From NCBI RefSeq assembly GCF_013122565.1, contig NZ_CP053258.1: 64,000 bases of DNA. One strand, written 5' to 3'. Numbering within the stretch: the stretch's first letter is position 1; the number at the start of each line of letters is the position of its first letter. Source of the stretch: Escherichia coli (GTDB lineage: Bacteria > Pseudomonadota > Gammaproteobacteria > Enterobacterales > Enterobacteriaceae). Below the pieces are notes generated by a model that did not search any database, had not been told where the DNA came from, and saw nothing but the letters and a program-made list of their open reading frames with translations. Position numbers and translations under genes: made by a program. Below, piece by piece: positions 44,889 to 54,470 of this stretch.

Positions 44889-45872
44889 ATGGCGTTATTA
44901 AATGTAGATAAATTATCGGTGCATTTCGGCGACGAAAGCGCACCGTTCCGCGCCGTAGACCGCATCAGCTACAGCGTAAAACAGGGCGAAGTGGTCGGAA
45001 TTGTGGGTGAGTCTGGCTCCGGTAAGTCGGTCAGTTCACTGGCTATTATGGGGCTGATTGATTATCCGGGCCGCGTAATGGCGGAAAAGCTGGAGTTTAA
45101 CGGTCAGGATTTACAGCGTATCTCAGAAAAAGAGCGCCGCAACCTGGTGGGTGCCGAAGTGGCGATGATCTTCCAGGACCCGATGACCAGCCTTAACCCG
45201 TGCTACACAGTGGGTTTCCAGATTATGGAAGCGATTAAGGTGCATCAGGGCGGTAATAAGAGCACTCGTCGTCAGCGGGCGATTGACCTGCTGAATCAGG
45301 TCGGTATTCCCGATCCGGCATCGCGTCTGGATGTTTACCCGCATCAGCTTTCCGGCGGCATGAGCCAGCGCGTGATGATCGCCATGGCGATTGCCTGTCG
45401 GCCAAAACTGCTGATTGCCGATGAACCAACCACTGCGCTGGACGTGACCATTCAGGCGCAAATCATTGAACTACTGCTGGAGCTACAGCAGAAAGAGAAC
45501 ATGGCGCTGGTGTTAATTACCCATGACCTGGCGCTGGTGGCGGAAGCGGCGCATAAAATTATCGTGATGTATGCCGGCCAGGTGGTGGAAACGGGCGATG
45601 CGCACGCCATCTTCCATGCGCCGCGTCACCCGTATACCCAGGCATTGCTGCGTGCGCTGCCGGAATTTGCTCAGGATAAAGAACGTCTGGCGTCGTTGCC
45701 AGGTGTTGTTCCCGGCAAGTATGACCGTCCGAACGGCTGCCTGCTTAACCCGCGCTGCCCCTATGCCACTGACAGATGCCGCGCTGAAGAACCGGCGTTG
45801 AATATGCTCGCTGACGGGCGTCAGTCCAAATGCCATTACCCACTTGATGATGCCGGGAGGCCGACACTATGA
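44889..45872 (+). CDS. dppD: dipeptide ABC transporter ATP-binding protein
   Basis: 327-aa ORF; Walker A GESGSGKS, signature LSGGMSQR. Confidence 0.9.
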
Positions 45873-46873
45873 GTACGCATGAGGCCACCTCGCAACAACC
45901 GCTGTTGCAGGCTATCGACCTGAAAAAACATTATCCGGTGAAGAAAGGTTTGTTCGCACCGGAACGTCTGGTGAAGGCGCTGGATGGCGTTTCGTTTAAC
46001 CTTGAACGTGGCAAAACGCTGGCGGTAGTAGGTGAATCTGGCTGCGGTAAATCGACCCTCGGTCGGTTGCTGACGATGATTGAAACGCCCACCGGCGGCG
46101 AGCTGTATTACCAGGGGCAGGATCTGCTCAAGCACGATCCGCAGGCGCAGAAGTTGCGTCGGCAGAAAATCCAGATTGTCTTCCAGAACCCTTACGGTTC
46201 GCTGAATCCACGTAAAAAAGTCGGGCAAATTCTTGAGGAGCCGCTGCTGATTAATACCAGCTTAAGCAAAGAACAGCGTAGGGAAAAAGCCCTGTCGATG
46301 ATGGCGAAAGTCGGCCTGAAAACCGAGCACTATGACCGCTATCCGCATATGTTCTCCGGCGGTCAGCGTCAGCGTATCGCCATCGCCCGTGGTCTGATGC
46401 TCGACCCGGATGTGGTGATTGCCGATGAGCCGGTTTCCGCGCTGGACGTCTCAGTGCGTGCGCAGGTGCTCAACCTGATGATGGATTTGCAGCAGGAACT
46501 GGGGCTTTCTTATGTCTTTATCTCGCACGACCTGTCGGTTGTGGAGCACATTGCTGATGAAGTGATGGTGATGTACCTGGGCCGCTGCGTGGAGAAAGGG
46601 ACGAAGGACCAAATCTTCAATAACCCGCGCCACCCGTACACTCAGGCGCTGCTCTCCGCCACACCACGCCTGAACCCGGACGATCGTCGCGAACGCATCA
46701 AACTCACCGGTGAACTGCCAAGCCCGCTCAATCCACCGCCGGGTTGCGCCTTCAACGCCCGCTGTCGTCGGCGCTTCGGCCCCTGCACTCAGTTACAGCC
46801 ACCGCTGAAAGATTACGGCGGTCAACTGGTGGCCTGCTTTGCCGTTGATCAGGATGAAAATCCGCAGCGTTAA
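45869..46873 (+). CDS. dppF: dipeptide ABC transporter ATP-binding protein
   Basis: 334-aa ORF; Walker A GESGCGKS; overlaps dppD stop by 4 nt. Confidence 0.9.
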
Positions 46874-46902
46874 CTCACAAAACCGGGGCCATGCGCTCCG
46901 GT

Positions 46903-48174
46903 TTACTCAATCAGCTTCAACAGTGGCGACAAGCATAGCAAAATGCCGTACAGCAGAATTAGCCAGGCTTTAAACCCGCGAAGTTTTTCCAGTTGTGCGA
47001 CTTTATAGATCAGGAAAAACGGAATGAGGCACGACACAATGCCATATAACGGGCTTCCCAACTGAAAGAACACCAGCACCGATACACGAAACGAAACCCA
47101 AATCGTCAACGTAATGACGATAAAAGCGCAGATCGCCAGAGTCAGTACGCGTGAGTTAATTTTCTTGGTATCAATAATTCGGCTTAACAGATTGAGAATA
47201 ATGCCTTTAATGGCCTCGTGGAAACCGAGATAAATGCCAAAGAATGCGGTGAGTACGGCAAAGATATTCAGCACCGTAGAGGTGATATGAATGATATGCC
47301 CAGGGATCACCTGCGCGGCCAGCGCCAGTGCCGAGATATTTTGTTCAAAGGCAGAAACGGCTTCTTCGTGGCTAATTGAGAAGGTAAACGAAAAAGCAAA
47401 AAACAGGATCACCGCGATGAGCGTGACATAACTAATTCGGTGGGTACGCAGCGCGAGCCGGGTTGCCAGTACTTTATCCGCTTCCCGTTTACGATAGGCA
47501 ATATTCATTGGGTTAAGTACCTGAATAAATACTGCAGAAAAGAAGCAAAATGGAATGGTAAGCAGGACATCGCGGAAAAAGACGGAGGCTTGTGGGAAGG
47601 CGGTTATATTGGCGAAATTCCAGTGCGGGATCATCGCAAAACCGAACACGACAATAATCCCTACTTTGACCACCACCATTGGCCCAGAAATCTTAAACAG
47701 TAATCGTTCACCACCAGACGCAATCGCCACCAGTACGGCGAAAATGGCGACTTTATAAAGTAGAGATTGTGAAAGATCGGCATCGGTTAAACCGAAGGTT
47801 TTCAGGTACGAGGCGCTGTCGAAAACCACGGAGAGAGAGTAGATAAAAATCCCGTGGATAATCATCAAAAAGTAGATAACTCCGAGGAAAATTCCCCAGT
47901 TCTTCCCCAGGTAATGACTGATAATATCGGTGTAGTCATTACAGGAATCGCTTTCAGAAAGGGTTTTTAAATAAATGTCCTGTACTACCCAGGTGGCAGG
48001 ATAAGCAATGATCGCTGCGGTAATAAATACCCAAATTCCCTTCAAGCCAATTTGTACTGGCATCAGCACGGTTCCGGCACCAATCGCCATGCCTATGCAT
48101 AATAAAACCCAGCCGAAGTCGTAGCGTGTAAACGGCAATTTCTGATCGTGTTTCGGTAGTGTGTTGTGCTGCAT
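46903..48174 (-). CDS. yhjV: amino acid transporter family membrane protein YhjV
   Basis: Start at [20 protein letters not shown] (codon 22 of track ORF 46903-48237); 423 aa. Confidence 0.85.
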   Translation of the reverse strand: MQHNTLPKHDQKLPFTRYDFGWVLLCIGMAIGAGTVLMPVQIGLKGIWVFITAAIIAYPATWVVQDIYLKTLSESDSCNDYTDIISHYLGKNWGIFLGVIYFLMIIHGIFIYSLSVVFDSASYLKTFGLTDADLSQSLLYKVAIFAVLVAIASGGERLLFKISGPMVVVKVGIIVVFGFAMIPHWNFANITAFPQASVFFRDVLLTIPFCFFSAVFIQVLNPMNIAYRKREADKVLATRLALRTHRISYVTLIAVILFFAFSFTFSISHEEAVSAFEQNISALALAAQVIPGHIIHITSTVLNIFAVLTAFFGIYLGFHEAIKGIILNLLSRIIDTKKINSRVLTLAICAFIVITLTIWVSFRVSVLVFFQLGSPLYGIVSCLIPFFLIYKVAQLEKLRGFKAWLILLYGILLCLSPLLKLIE

Positions 48175-48534
48175 AAAGTCCTGTCCAGAAAGAAGTCGGC
48201 CTCGCAAAAATGAATAAACCCAGTTTCTCTTGCGCAACAGGTGGAGAAGTCGAATACGCAGTATGTAAAAAATGAGGCAACAGATTCACTGGGGAGGTCG
48301 CGAGGAGGCGCAATTCTACAAAATTGCGCATTTCACTACCAGTCTGGAGTCAGCCCGGATATGAACTGCAACTATTGCAAATAAAGAAATTAAGCTGGAA
48401 GGCATCACGCAATGAGGAAGATTGTCGGGTGCTGAGGGTAAAAAGCAATCGTAAAATCAGCGGCAAGCCGGAAGGGTTCCGGTGAGGCGCAATGTTGCGG
48501 GGGCTTTATCCCTGGTGGCATTGGTTGCTGGAGA

Positions 48535-48601
48535 GAGAAAACCCCCGCACGTTGCAGGTATGCACCTGACAACACCACGGGGGCTAATCTTGACTCTAGA
48601 C
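48535..48601 (-). ncRNA. rdlD: Rdl antisense RNA, copy 1
   Basis: Minus strand reads gtctagagtcaagattagcccccgtggtgttgtcaggtgcatacctgcaacgtgcgggggttttctc, matching Rdl as recalled (terminal hairpin plus U tail). Confidence 0.55.
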
Positions 48602-48649
48602 CACTCAAGAATAGCCGCGAAACGTTGTCATTACAACACAGGCGGCTAT

Positions 48650-48757
48650 ATGACGCTCGCAGAGCTGGGCATGGCCTTCTGGCATGATTTAGCGGCTCCG
48701 GTCATTGCTGGCATTCTTGCCAGTATGATCGTGAACTGGCTGAATAAGCGGAAGTAA
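48650..48757 (+). CDS. ldrD: LdrD type I toxin peptide, copy 1
   Basis: 35-aa MTLAELGMAFWHDLAAPVIAGILASMIVNWLNKRK. Confidence 0.85.
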   Translation: MTLAELGMAFWHDLAAPVIAGILASMIVNWLNKRK

Positions 48758-48807
48758 CGTGTCATGCGGGCGTCAGGCTGCCGTAATGGCAATTTGCGCC
48801 CGGACCA

Positions 48808-48838
48808 GGCCGCAGGGGTGAAACTCTGCGGCCTTTTT
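48808..48838 (+). terminator. ldr terminator, copy 1
   Basis: Hairpin ggccgcaggggtgaaactctgcggcc followed by tttttc. Confidence 0.65.
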
Positions 48839-49017
48839 CGTAAGAAAAATGCAACGGTTGCAAGCGGATAATATTCTGCGGAATGCGCAGCACAGAGTGA
48901 AGACGTGACGGATTTCGGAACAGAAAAACAGTCGTAGAATCAGCGGCAAGCCGGAAAGGTTCCGGTGAGGCGCAATGTTGCGGGGGCTTTATCCCTGGTG
49001 GCATTGGTTGCTGGAGA

Positions 49018-49084
49018 GAGAAAACCCCCGCACGTTGCAGGTATGCACCTGACAACATTACGGGGGCTAATCTTGAACCCAAAC
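49018..49084 (-). ncRNA. rdlD: Rdl antisense RNA, copy 2
   Basis: Same position within unit 2; 3' hairpin conserved, 5' portion differs from copy 1. Confidence 0.5.
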
Positions 49085-49132
49085 AACTCAAGAATAGCCG
49101 CGAAACGTTGTCATTACAACACAGGCGGCTAT

Positions 49133-49240
49133 ATGACGCTCGCAGAACTGGGCATGGCCTTCTGGCATGATTTAGCGGCTCCGGTCATTGCTGGCATTCT
49201 TGCCAGTATGATCGTGAACTGGCTGAACAAGCGGAAGTAA
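49133..49240 (+). CDS. ldrD: LdrD type I toxin peptide, copy 2
   Basis: Identical 35-aa peptide; synonymous differences only. Confidence 0.85.
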   Translation: MTLAELGMAFWHDLAAPVIAGILASMIVNWLNKRK

Positions 49241-49290
49241 CGTGTCATGCGGGCGTCAGGCTGCCGTAATGGCAATTTGCGCCCGGACCA

Positions 49291-49321
49291 GGCCGCAGGG
49301 GTGAAACTCTGCGGCCTTTTT
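49291..49321 (+). terminator. ldr terminator, copy 2
   Basis: Same hairpin as copy 1. Confidence 0.65.
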
Positions 49322-49500
49322 CGTAAGAAAAATGCAACGATTGCAAGCGGATAATATTCTGCGGAATGCGCAGCACAGAGTGAAGACGTGACGGATTCCG
49401 GAGCAGAAAAACAGTCGTAGAATCAGCGGCAAGCCGGAAAGGTTCCGGTGAGGCGCAATGTTGCGGGGGCTTAATCCCTGGTGGCATTGGTTGCTGGAGA

Positions 49501-49567
49501 GAGAAAACCCCCGCACGTTGCAGGTATGCACCTGACAACATCACGGGGGCCATTCTTGAACCTGAAC
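49501..49567 (-). ncRNA. rdlD: Rdl antisense RNA, copy 3
   Basis: Same position within unit 3; 5' portion differs from copies 1 and 2. Confidence 0.5.
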
Positions 49568-49615
49568 AACTCAAGAATAGCCGCGAAACGTTGTCATTAC
49601 AACACAGGCGGCTAT

Positions 49616-49723
49616 ATGACGCTCGCAGAACTGGGCATGGCCTTCTGGCACGATTTAGCGGCTCCGGTCATTGCTGGCATTCTTGCCAGTATGATTGTGA
49701 ACTGGCTGAATAAGCGGAAGTAA
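49616..49723 (+). CDS. ldrD: LdrD type I toxin peptide, copy 3
   Basis: Identical 35-aa peptide; synonymous differences only. Confidence 0.85.
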   Translation: MTLAELGMAFWHDLAAPVIAGILASMIVNWLNKRK

Positions 49724-49773
49724 CGTGTCATGCGGGCGTCAGGCTGCCGTAATGGCAATTTGCGCCCGGATCA

Positions 49774-49804
49774 GGCCGCAGGGGGTAAACTCTGCGGCCT
49801 TTTT
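49774..49804. terminator. ldr terminator, copy 3 (also convergent bcsG terminator)
   Basis: Hairpin ggccgcagggggtaaactctgcggcc followed by tttttcg; 5 nt from the bcsG stop. Confidence 0.65.
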
Positions 49805-49809
49805 CGTTC

Positions 49810-51489
49810 TTACTGCGGGTAAGGCACCCAGTCGCCGCCGTTCAGGCGAACGTACGGTTTATCCTGGTATTGAATAACTACTGCATTTGAGTTCTCGGAG
49901 ACCGGTGCTGTTTGTGGCAACCCACTGGTGAGTTTTTTCCAGTCAACATTGTCTTCGGTGAAAATCTTGCCATCAAGAACGCGAACCACCAGATCGGAGA
50001 TAGCCAGGAAGCTGCTCGGTTGGTCGATAACAATCGGTGCCCCCTGATGTGGTGCCTTCATGCCGAAGAATTTCACCCCAACGGGGACGTCGGTGATAGA
50101 CGGGCTAGGGATATCACGTAGGCCAGATACCTGCATTCTGTCGCCCTTCAGCGCGCCGCCGTGTTCCGGCACCACGACCACCATCACTTTACGACCCGAT
50201 TTCTCCAGTTCAGTAAAGAAGGCGTCCAGTTCATCAAAGAATTTCTGCGCCCGCGCTTTGTAATCCGCTGTTTTGCTGACGCCCGGATAATGGTTGCCGT
50301 CATGCAGTGGAAGTGTGTTGTAGAACGTGGCACTACGGCTGTTTTTATCTTTTTCGGTAACGTCCAGCCAGCGGTTAAGCACGGCGGTATCGTCATAAAC
50401 CGGCGAACCATCAAAGCCCAGCAAAATAATCGGCAGATTTGTTTGATCCATCAATTCAGTCTGCATGCCGCCATTTTCGCGAACTTCTTTCAAAAAACCG
50501 CCGAACTGGCCGTTATGTCCCATCATCAGGTGCTGGGTAAAGCCCAGTTTCGACAGGTTATCAAATAGATAGCAGTCGTTATTTGCCGGTTGATACAGAT
50601 TAGTGTGCGAAGTCTGCCCGCAGCTGGCGCGCAGTAAACGGATCGCCGCCGGGCCACTGTAGGAGGTGGCGGAGTTAAAGTTCTTGAACTCAATATCGAA
50701 ATGCGACCACAGCGGATGCGACATCAACCCGGCGGCTTCTATATCCGACCAGGAAAGCGAACAGATATTAATCACCAGTAGTTCAAATGGCTGAGCATCA
50801 GCGGGCAGCGAAGACGGGAAGGTCGATTTACGTTTCGCCTCCGCGTTATAGAAATTATTCAGCCAGGCGTTAAGGTTCGCCGTTGTTGGCGGTGCAGTTT
50901 GTGCGGGCATATCACCCACTACCGGTGCGCCACCCGTCGCCGCAACGGTTGCCGCTGCGTTACCACCCGTCGTTGTTACAGTGGTCGTCGGTTGTCCGGC
51001 TGGCCACAAGGAGAAACTTGGTCCCGCCAGGGTAAGTACGTTCAGCCATAGCAGTATGGCAACCACAAAAACGGTAATGCGAATCCATTGTGACAGGAAT
51101 AACCAGGCCACTAATAAAACAAAAATGGCCCCAATCATCTGCCAGTTAATAAAGCGTGTGACAAGGTCGATTAAATAATCGGTACTGAACCCCGCCACCT
51201 GCGAACCCTGGCTCATTATGCTTTCCGGGCCAGGCAACCAGGTGTCATGCCAGAACAAAGCAAAGCCGATCGGCAGGGCAATCCAGTGGCGCAAGCGATG
51301 CAGGCTGTAACGCGGAATGGGCATCAGCAGAAACGCGGCAAACACCAAATTGAGGAGCGGATGGAAGTTAAGATATCCCGCCCACAACAGGCCGAACTTA
51401 ACCAGAAAATAGAAGTTCCAGCCGGAAAGGCCGCGCCAGTATTGCCAGAGGGAAGAAGGCATGGCGGTATTATGCGTAAATTGAGTCAT
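49810..51489 (-). CDS. bcsG: cellulose biosynthesis protein BcsG
   Basis: 559-aa membrane protein matching BcsG (YhjU). Confidence 0.9.
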
Positions 51490-51677
51490 TTTTTGGTTGC
51501 CCTGGCTTTTTCCGTGCGGCGTAACGTCCCGGCCGGTTTAACATAACGAGGTTTAGCAAAGAACAAACGTAAGGTGTCGCGAATGCGTCGCAAAGAGTGC
51601 CGCGCCAGATAGCCCAGCGGGAAAAATATCAGTGCGCAAACGACAATAATTTCAATGATATCGCTGATGGTCATCAT
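51486..51677 (-). CDS. bcsF: cellulose biosynthesis protein BcsF
   Basis: 63-aa single-TM protein; overlaps bcsG and bcsE by 4 nt each. Confidence 0.8.
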
Positions 51678-53245
51678 GATGAGCGCTCCACAGCATCATC
51701 TAACAGTCGCATGGGTTCTGGTATTCGTCGCCAGTGGCGACCATCGTGCTCGGCATTGATGACCGGTTTAGAACTTTGCGTTAAAGGCAGCGGCATGCCC
51801 CATTGTTCTGGGGCAAGCAGGCGCATCTGCACCAGCTCGGCACTGATTTGATCATCTTCAAACCAGACCATACGGTTTGAGAAAATGTCGCCAGTAGGCA
51901 ATGGGAAAATATGATTCAACGCGGTATCCAGATCGTTAATCCGACAGAATGAGAGAAACAGCACCAGCCGATTACCGCCAATGGTCATGATATCGCCGGT
52001 ACGGTTAGGGCGACATAGCGTCAGGGCTTGCTCAACGCGGATACCCGGTACCGGACGTAGGGCAACCAGAACGCCTTTACCGTGGGCTGGCAGGAGAGGG
52101 TTATTCATCATGTTGTTGACGGCATTACAGAACACATCCCACTTCTGGAAACCACGCAGTTTGAGCGGCTGGGTCATTGACAGCAAGGTAGTGATATCTT
52201 CCGGCACATAGCGACTAAACTTCTGCCCTTGCACGCTTTCGATCATCGTCAGACAGCGGGAGAGTGGCGCATTCCACGGGATAACCATATTTGCACCGCA
52301 GGCTAATAACAAACGTTCATCGGTGGCGCGCAGGCTAGCGGTATTTTCCCGTACGAGGATTTTCATCGCACTACCGCGCTGGCGACGCAGAGTATGAATG
52401 CTGCGGGCCAGTGGCTCGATTTGTGCATTTTGCTGTAAAGAAAAGACTACCGTCGCCGCCTGAGCGGTACGGGCTTCATTGAACAGGACTTCGTTATTGT
52501 TGAACAGTTGCCAGTGTTCCGATAGCGGCGGCGCACCTTCCAGTACAGCAACATTACTCAGAATGCGTTTTTCGTCGCTGCGTGGTTGGATCTCCGCCTC
52601 TTCGCTTTGAACTAATGTCCAGATACCATTTTGTTGCTGAACGCTAAGCTGCTGACGGGCGCTGACCCCTTTTTCGTTGCACCAGAAGGCAATATCCAGC
52701 AAATGTTGGTCGCCCTGAAAACGCAAACTGGCAAGACCAAAAAGTGAACGGTATTCCTCAAGCAACAATGAAAATTGTTTATCGTTATTATTTCCGGGAT
52801 TAATTACCAAAAGCGAACAATGGTTTAACCTGCTCCATTTATTCAATTTATCCAACCATGAGCGAAGCCGCTCGGCAGGAATGTTTTGCCATGCGTTATT
52901 TGCGCAAACAAGAATAAAAAGGTAATTATGGGGATCAATAGAACACTGCAAATCACGGGCCAAATAGTATAGACCTTTTTCATGATTTAGCATCGAAAAT
53001 AATTTAATTTTTTCCGGCCCTTGAGAATCATCTAATTGAAAGATTTTCTCCGGATCGCTGTCCATGCTAATGACCGCGACGTGTGCGGTTTCAGCCTGGG
53101 ATGCAATTGTTTGATTCGCCAGACTGATAGCATCTTCATGGCGATCGACGTTAAACCACCAGACGCCGCCTGCTGGCATATGTCGCAGCTCATCCCATAA
53201 TGATGAGATACCGATAGAGAATACAGGGTCCACAATGTCCCTCAT
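51674..53245 (-). CDS. bcsE: cellulose biosynthesis protein BcsE (c-di-GMP binding)
   Basis: 523-aa ORF matching BcsE (YhjS). Confidence 0.9.
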
Positions 53246-53517
53246 GTCACCATTTTGTCTGATTATCAGTTTACTAGCGAAAGCTAAGAAATAAACCTAC
53301 CATTGAAATTAAAACTTATCAGATTTAGCATGTGAATCAATTTAGCAGGTCATAAGACGTGTGATTTTAGTCTTTTCGTTTTTAACTTTTTCTGTTGCGT
53401 AACGGAAAGTCAAAAAGTGAGCAAATTCCCGTCTCGCCGTAAACAATAAACCGGCGAAATGCTCACGGTTAGAATTGTCTTATGAATGGTGCAGTTATTT
53501 CATAGGGATCAAGCAAA
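53246..53517. promoter_or_regulatory. divergent bcsEFG / bcsRQABZC promoter region
   Basis: 272-bp AT-rich spacer between divergent operons; sites not mapped. Confidence 0.45.
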
Positions 53518-53706
53518 ATGAATAACAATGAACCAGATAATCTGCCTGATCCCGCGATAGGCTATATCTTCCAGAATGATATTTTGGCGTTAAAGCAGGC
53601 ATTTTCACTGCCTGATATTGATTATGCCGATATTTCCCAACGCGAACAGTTGGCCGCGGCATTAAAACGCTGGCCGTTGCTGGCAGAGTTTGCGCAACAA
53701 AAGTAG
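53518..53706 (+). CDS. bcsR: cellulose biosynthesis protein BcsR
   Basis: 62-aa ORF matching BcsR (YhjR). Confidence 0.8.
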   Translation: MNNNEPDNLPDPAIGYIFQNDILALKQAFSLPDIDYADISQREQLAAALKRWPLLAEFAQQK

Positions 53707-53717
53707 GGGATTGGTGA

Positions 53718-54470
53718 ATGGCCGTACTGGGATTGCAGGGGGTGCGGGGAGGCGTGGGGACAACAACCATCACCGCCGCATTAGCCTGGTCATTACAAAT
53801 GTTGGGAGAAAATGTCCTGGTGGTCGATGCCTGCCCGGACAATTTGTTGCGCCTGTCATTTAATGTTGATTTTATCCACCGTCAGGGCTGGGCCAGAGCT
53901 ATGCTGGATGGTCAGGACTGGCGTGACGCTGGGTTGCGCTACACCTCGCAGCTCGATTTGCTGCCTTTTGGTCAGTTATCCATTGAAGAACAAGAAAATC
54001 CACATCACTGGCAAACCCGGTTGAGCGATATTTGCTCCGGCTTACAGCAACTAAAATCCAGCGGGCGTTACCAGTGGATTTTAATCGACTTACCGCGTGA
54101 TGCCTCGCAGATAACCCACCAGCTGCTGAGTTTGTGCGATCACTCGCTGGCAATCGTCAATGTGGATGCCAACTGCCATATCCGACTGCATCAGCAAGCA
54201 CTGCCGGATGGCGCACATATTTTGATTAATGACTTCTGTATTGGCAGTCAGGTTCAGGACGATATTTACCAGCTTTGGTTGCAAAGCCAGCGCCGATTAC
54301 TGCCGATGCTCATTCATCGTGATGAAGCGATGGCTGAATGCCTGGCGGCTAAGCAACCAGTCGGTGAATACCGCAGTGATTCGCTGGCGGCTGAAGAGAT
54401 ACTGACGCTGGCGAACTGGTGCCTGTTGAACTATTCCGGGCTGAAAACGCCAGTCGGGAGTAAATCATGA
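53718..54470 (+). CDS. bcsQ: cellulose biosynthesis protein BcsQ (MinD/ParA-like ATPase), intact
   Basis: 250-aa ORF with deviant Walker A GVRGGVGTT; codon 6 is TTG (53733-53735). Confidence 0.9.
   Translation: MAVLGLQGVRGGVGTTTITAALAWSLQMLGENVLVVDACPDNLLRLSFNVDFIHRQGWARAMLDGQDWRDAGLRYTSQLDLLPFGQLSIEEQENPHHWQTRLSDICSGLQQLKSSGRYQWILIDLPRDASQITHQLLSLCDHSLAIVNVDANCHIRLHQQALPDGAHILINDFCIGSQVQDDIYQLWLQSQRRLLPMLIHRDEAMAECLAAKQPVGEYRSDSLAAEEILTLANWCLLNYSGLKTPVGSKS

Larger units (their letters stand above)
48400..49808. repeat. tandem array of three ~483-bp LDR-D (long direct repeat) units
   Basis: Three near-identical units, period 482-484 bp, each with an Rdl-like antisense segment, a 35-codon ldr ORF and a terminator. 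Confidence 0.85.

Noticed and set aside
48405-49574. Repeated 109-aa minus-strand ORFs and 91-aa plus-strand ORFs in the LDR repeats
   Set aside because: They recur only because the DNA is triplicated; the minus ORFs run antisense across ldr/rdl and the plus ORFs are upstream extensions of the real 35-codon ldr ORF.
48400-49808. Regular tandem repeats that might suggest a CRISPR array
   Set aside because: Units are about 483 bp, not 28-37 bp repeats with spacers; they encode ldr/rdl and there are no cas genes in the window.
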